A stretch of 64,000 bases of DNA, taken from Haliotis cracherodii (taxonomy: Eukaryota). Under the pieces are notes generated by a model. The model ran no database searches. It saw only the letters and a program-made list of their open reading frames with translations, and was not told where the DNA came from. Location of the stretch: assembly GCF_022045235.1 (NCBI RefSeq), contig NW_027266297.1:65906001-65970000 (forward strand), read 5' to 3'. Positions 63,438 through 64,000 of this stretch are shown piece after piece. Position numbers and translations under genes: made by a program. Position 1 is the first letter of the stretch. Each line of letters starts with the position of its first letter.

Positions 63438-64000
63438 TACACAACCGACAAAAGATAAGGGAATAATGATGTGAATGTAGCTATCATTGAGGTGTACATT
63501 TACAATAATGTGACGTTGCATCTGAATGCAACACCTAATCACAATTATGTTTCACATCTTGCATCGTGCACACAGAAGCCAAAGTGTCTGCTCATATAGG
63601 GGAAGTCACAATCATTAAGGCTATTGAGCTAAGCATACATTTAAAAATGCCTAAGAGACACTATCTCAATGAACAGACAAATTGGCGAAAAGGGTATGCT
63701 GGAGAGTGGACGTCAATATACCATGTTGTCCGAATGTTTGGCAAATCCAAAAGTGTACATTTTCGATTGTGGGACAAGTACCGTCAATCGTGTGTGTTTG
63801 CAATGAGATCTGGGCATGGCAGGAATAAAACGACACCTAGATAAGATCGTCTCATTACATTAATTGCACTAAACAAAAGATTCAAACCTTGCCGTGTTGT
63901 CAATAGCGAATTCCCTAAAATGGAGGAAAGCGAATTTCCACTTCTTCTGTTAAAAGCCATCTCTATGCCATCCGCTTGAAAGCAAGGTGTCCTGTGAAGG
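63438..64000 (+). mobile_element. Tc1-like transposon 5' part, degenerate transposase from ATG 63647
   Basis: tacac terminus; paired-like HTH sequence RLWDKYRQ..RSGHGRNKTTPR*DRLI..KRF; runs off the window. Confidence 0.65.

Overview
Eukaryotic animal genomic DNA; the SINE and MITE repertoire suggests a mollusc, possibly abalone-like (inference). The first ~22.5 kb holds three spliced genes. (1) The 5' part of a METTL4-like MT-A70 methyltransferase (- strand, runs off the left edge). (2) Head-to-head with it, a complete 5-exon, 216-aa COG4339-like HD-superfamily phosphohydrolase (+, 1952-11130). (3) A convergent 4-coding-exon, 164-aa Tctex1-domain dynein light chain (-, 17529-22415). Introns and intergenic DNA are dense in SINEs (four families with related 3' tails) and MITEs (hAT-, Tc1/pogo-, MULE-, P- and Harbinger-like). 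The 32.3-53.2 kb region is a cluster of tandem arrays (44, 21, 90, 27, 51, 60 and 48 bp units) whose long ORFs are repeat artefacts. The right end carries a young 5'-truncated RTEX-like LINE, a decayed and internally deleted Polinton/Maverick (pPolB, integrase, accessory genes) and a Tc1 transposase remnant. The most notable hidden signals are tandem Penelope-type minimal hammerhead ribozyme motifs in an intronic palindrome, and a structured, covarying RNA motif at the head of a non-tRNA SINE that appears to have seeded several minisatellites. All protein and repeat family calls come from remembered motifs, not database searches.
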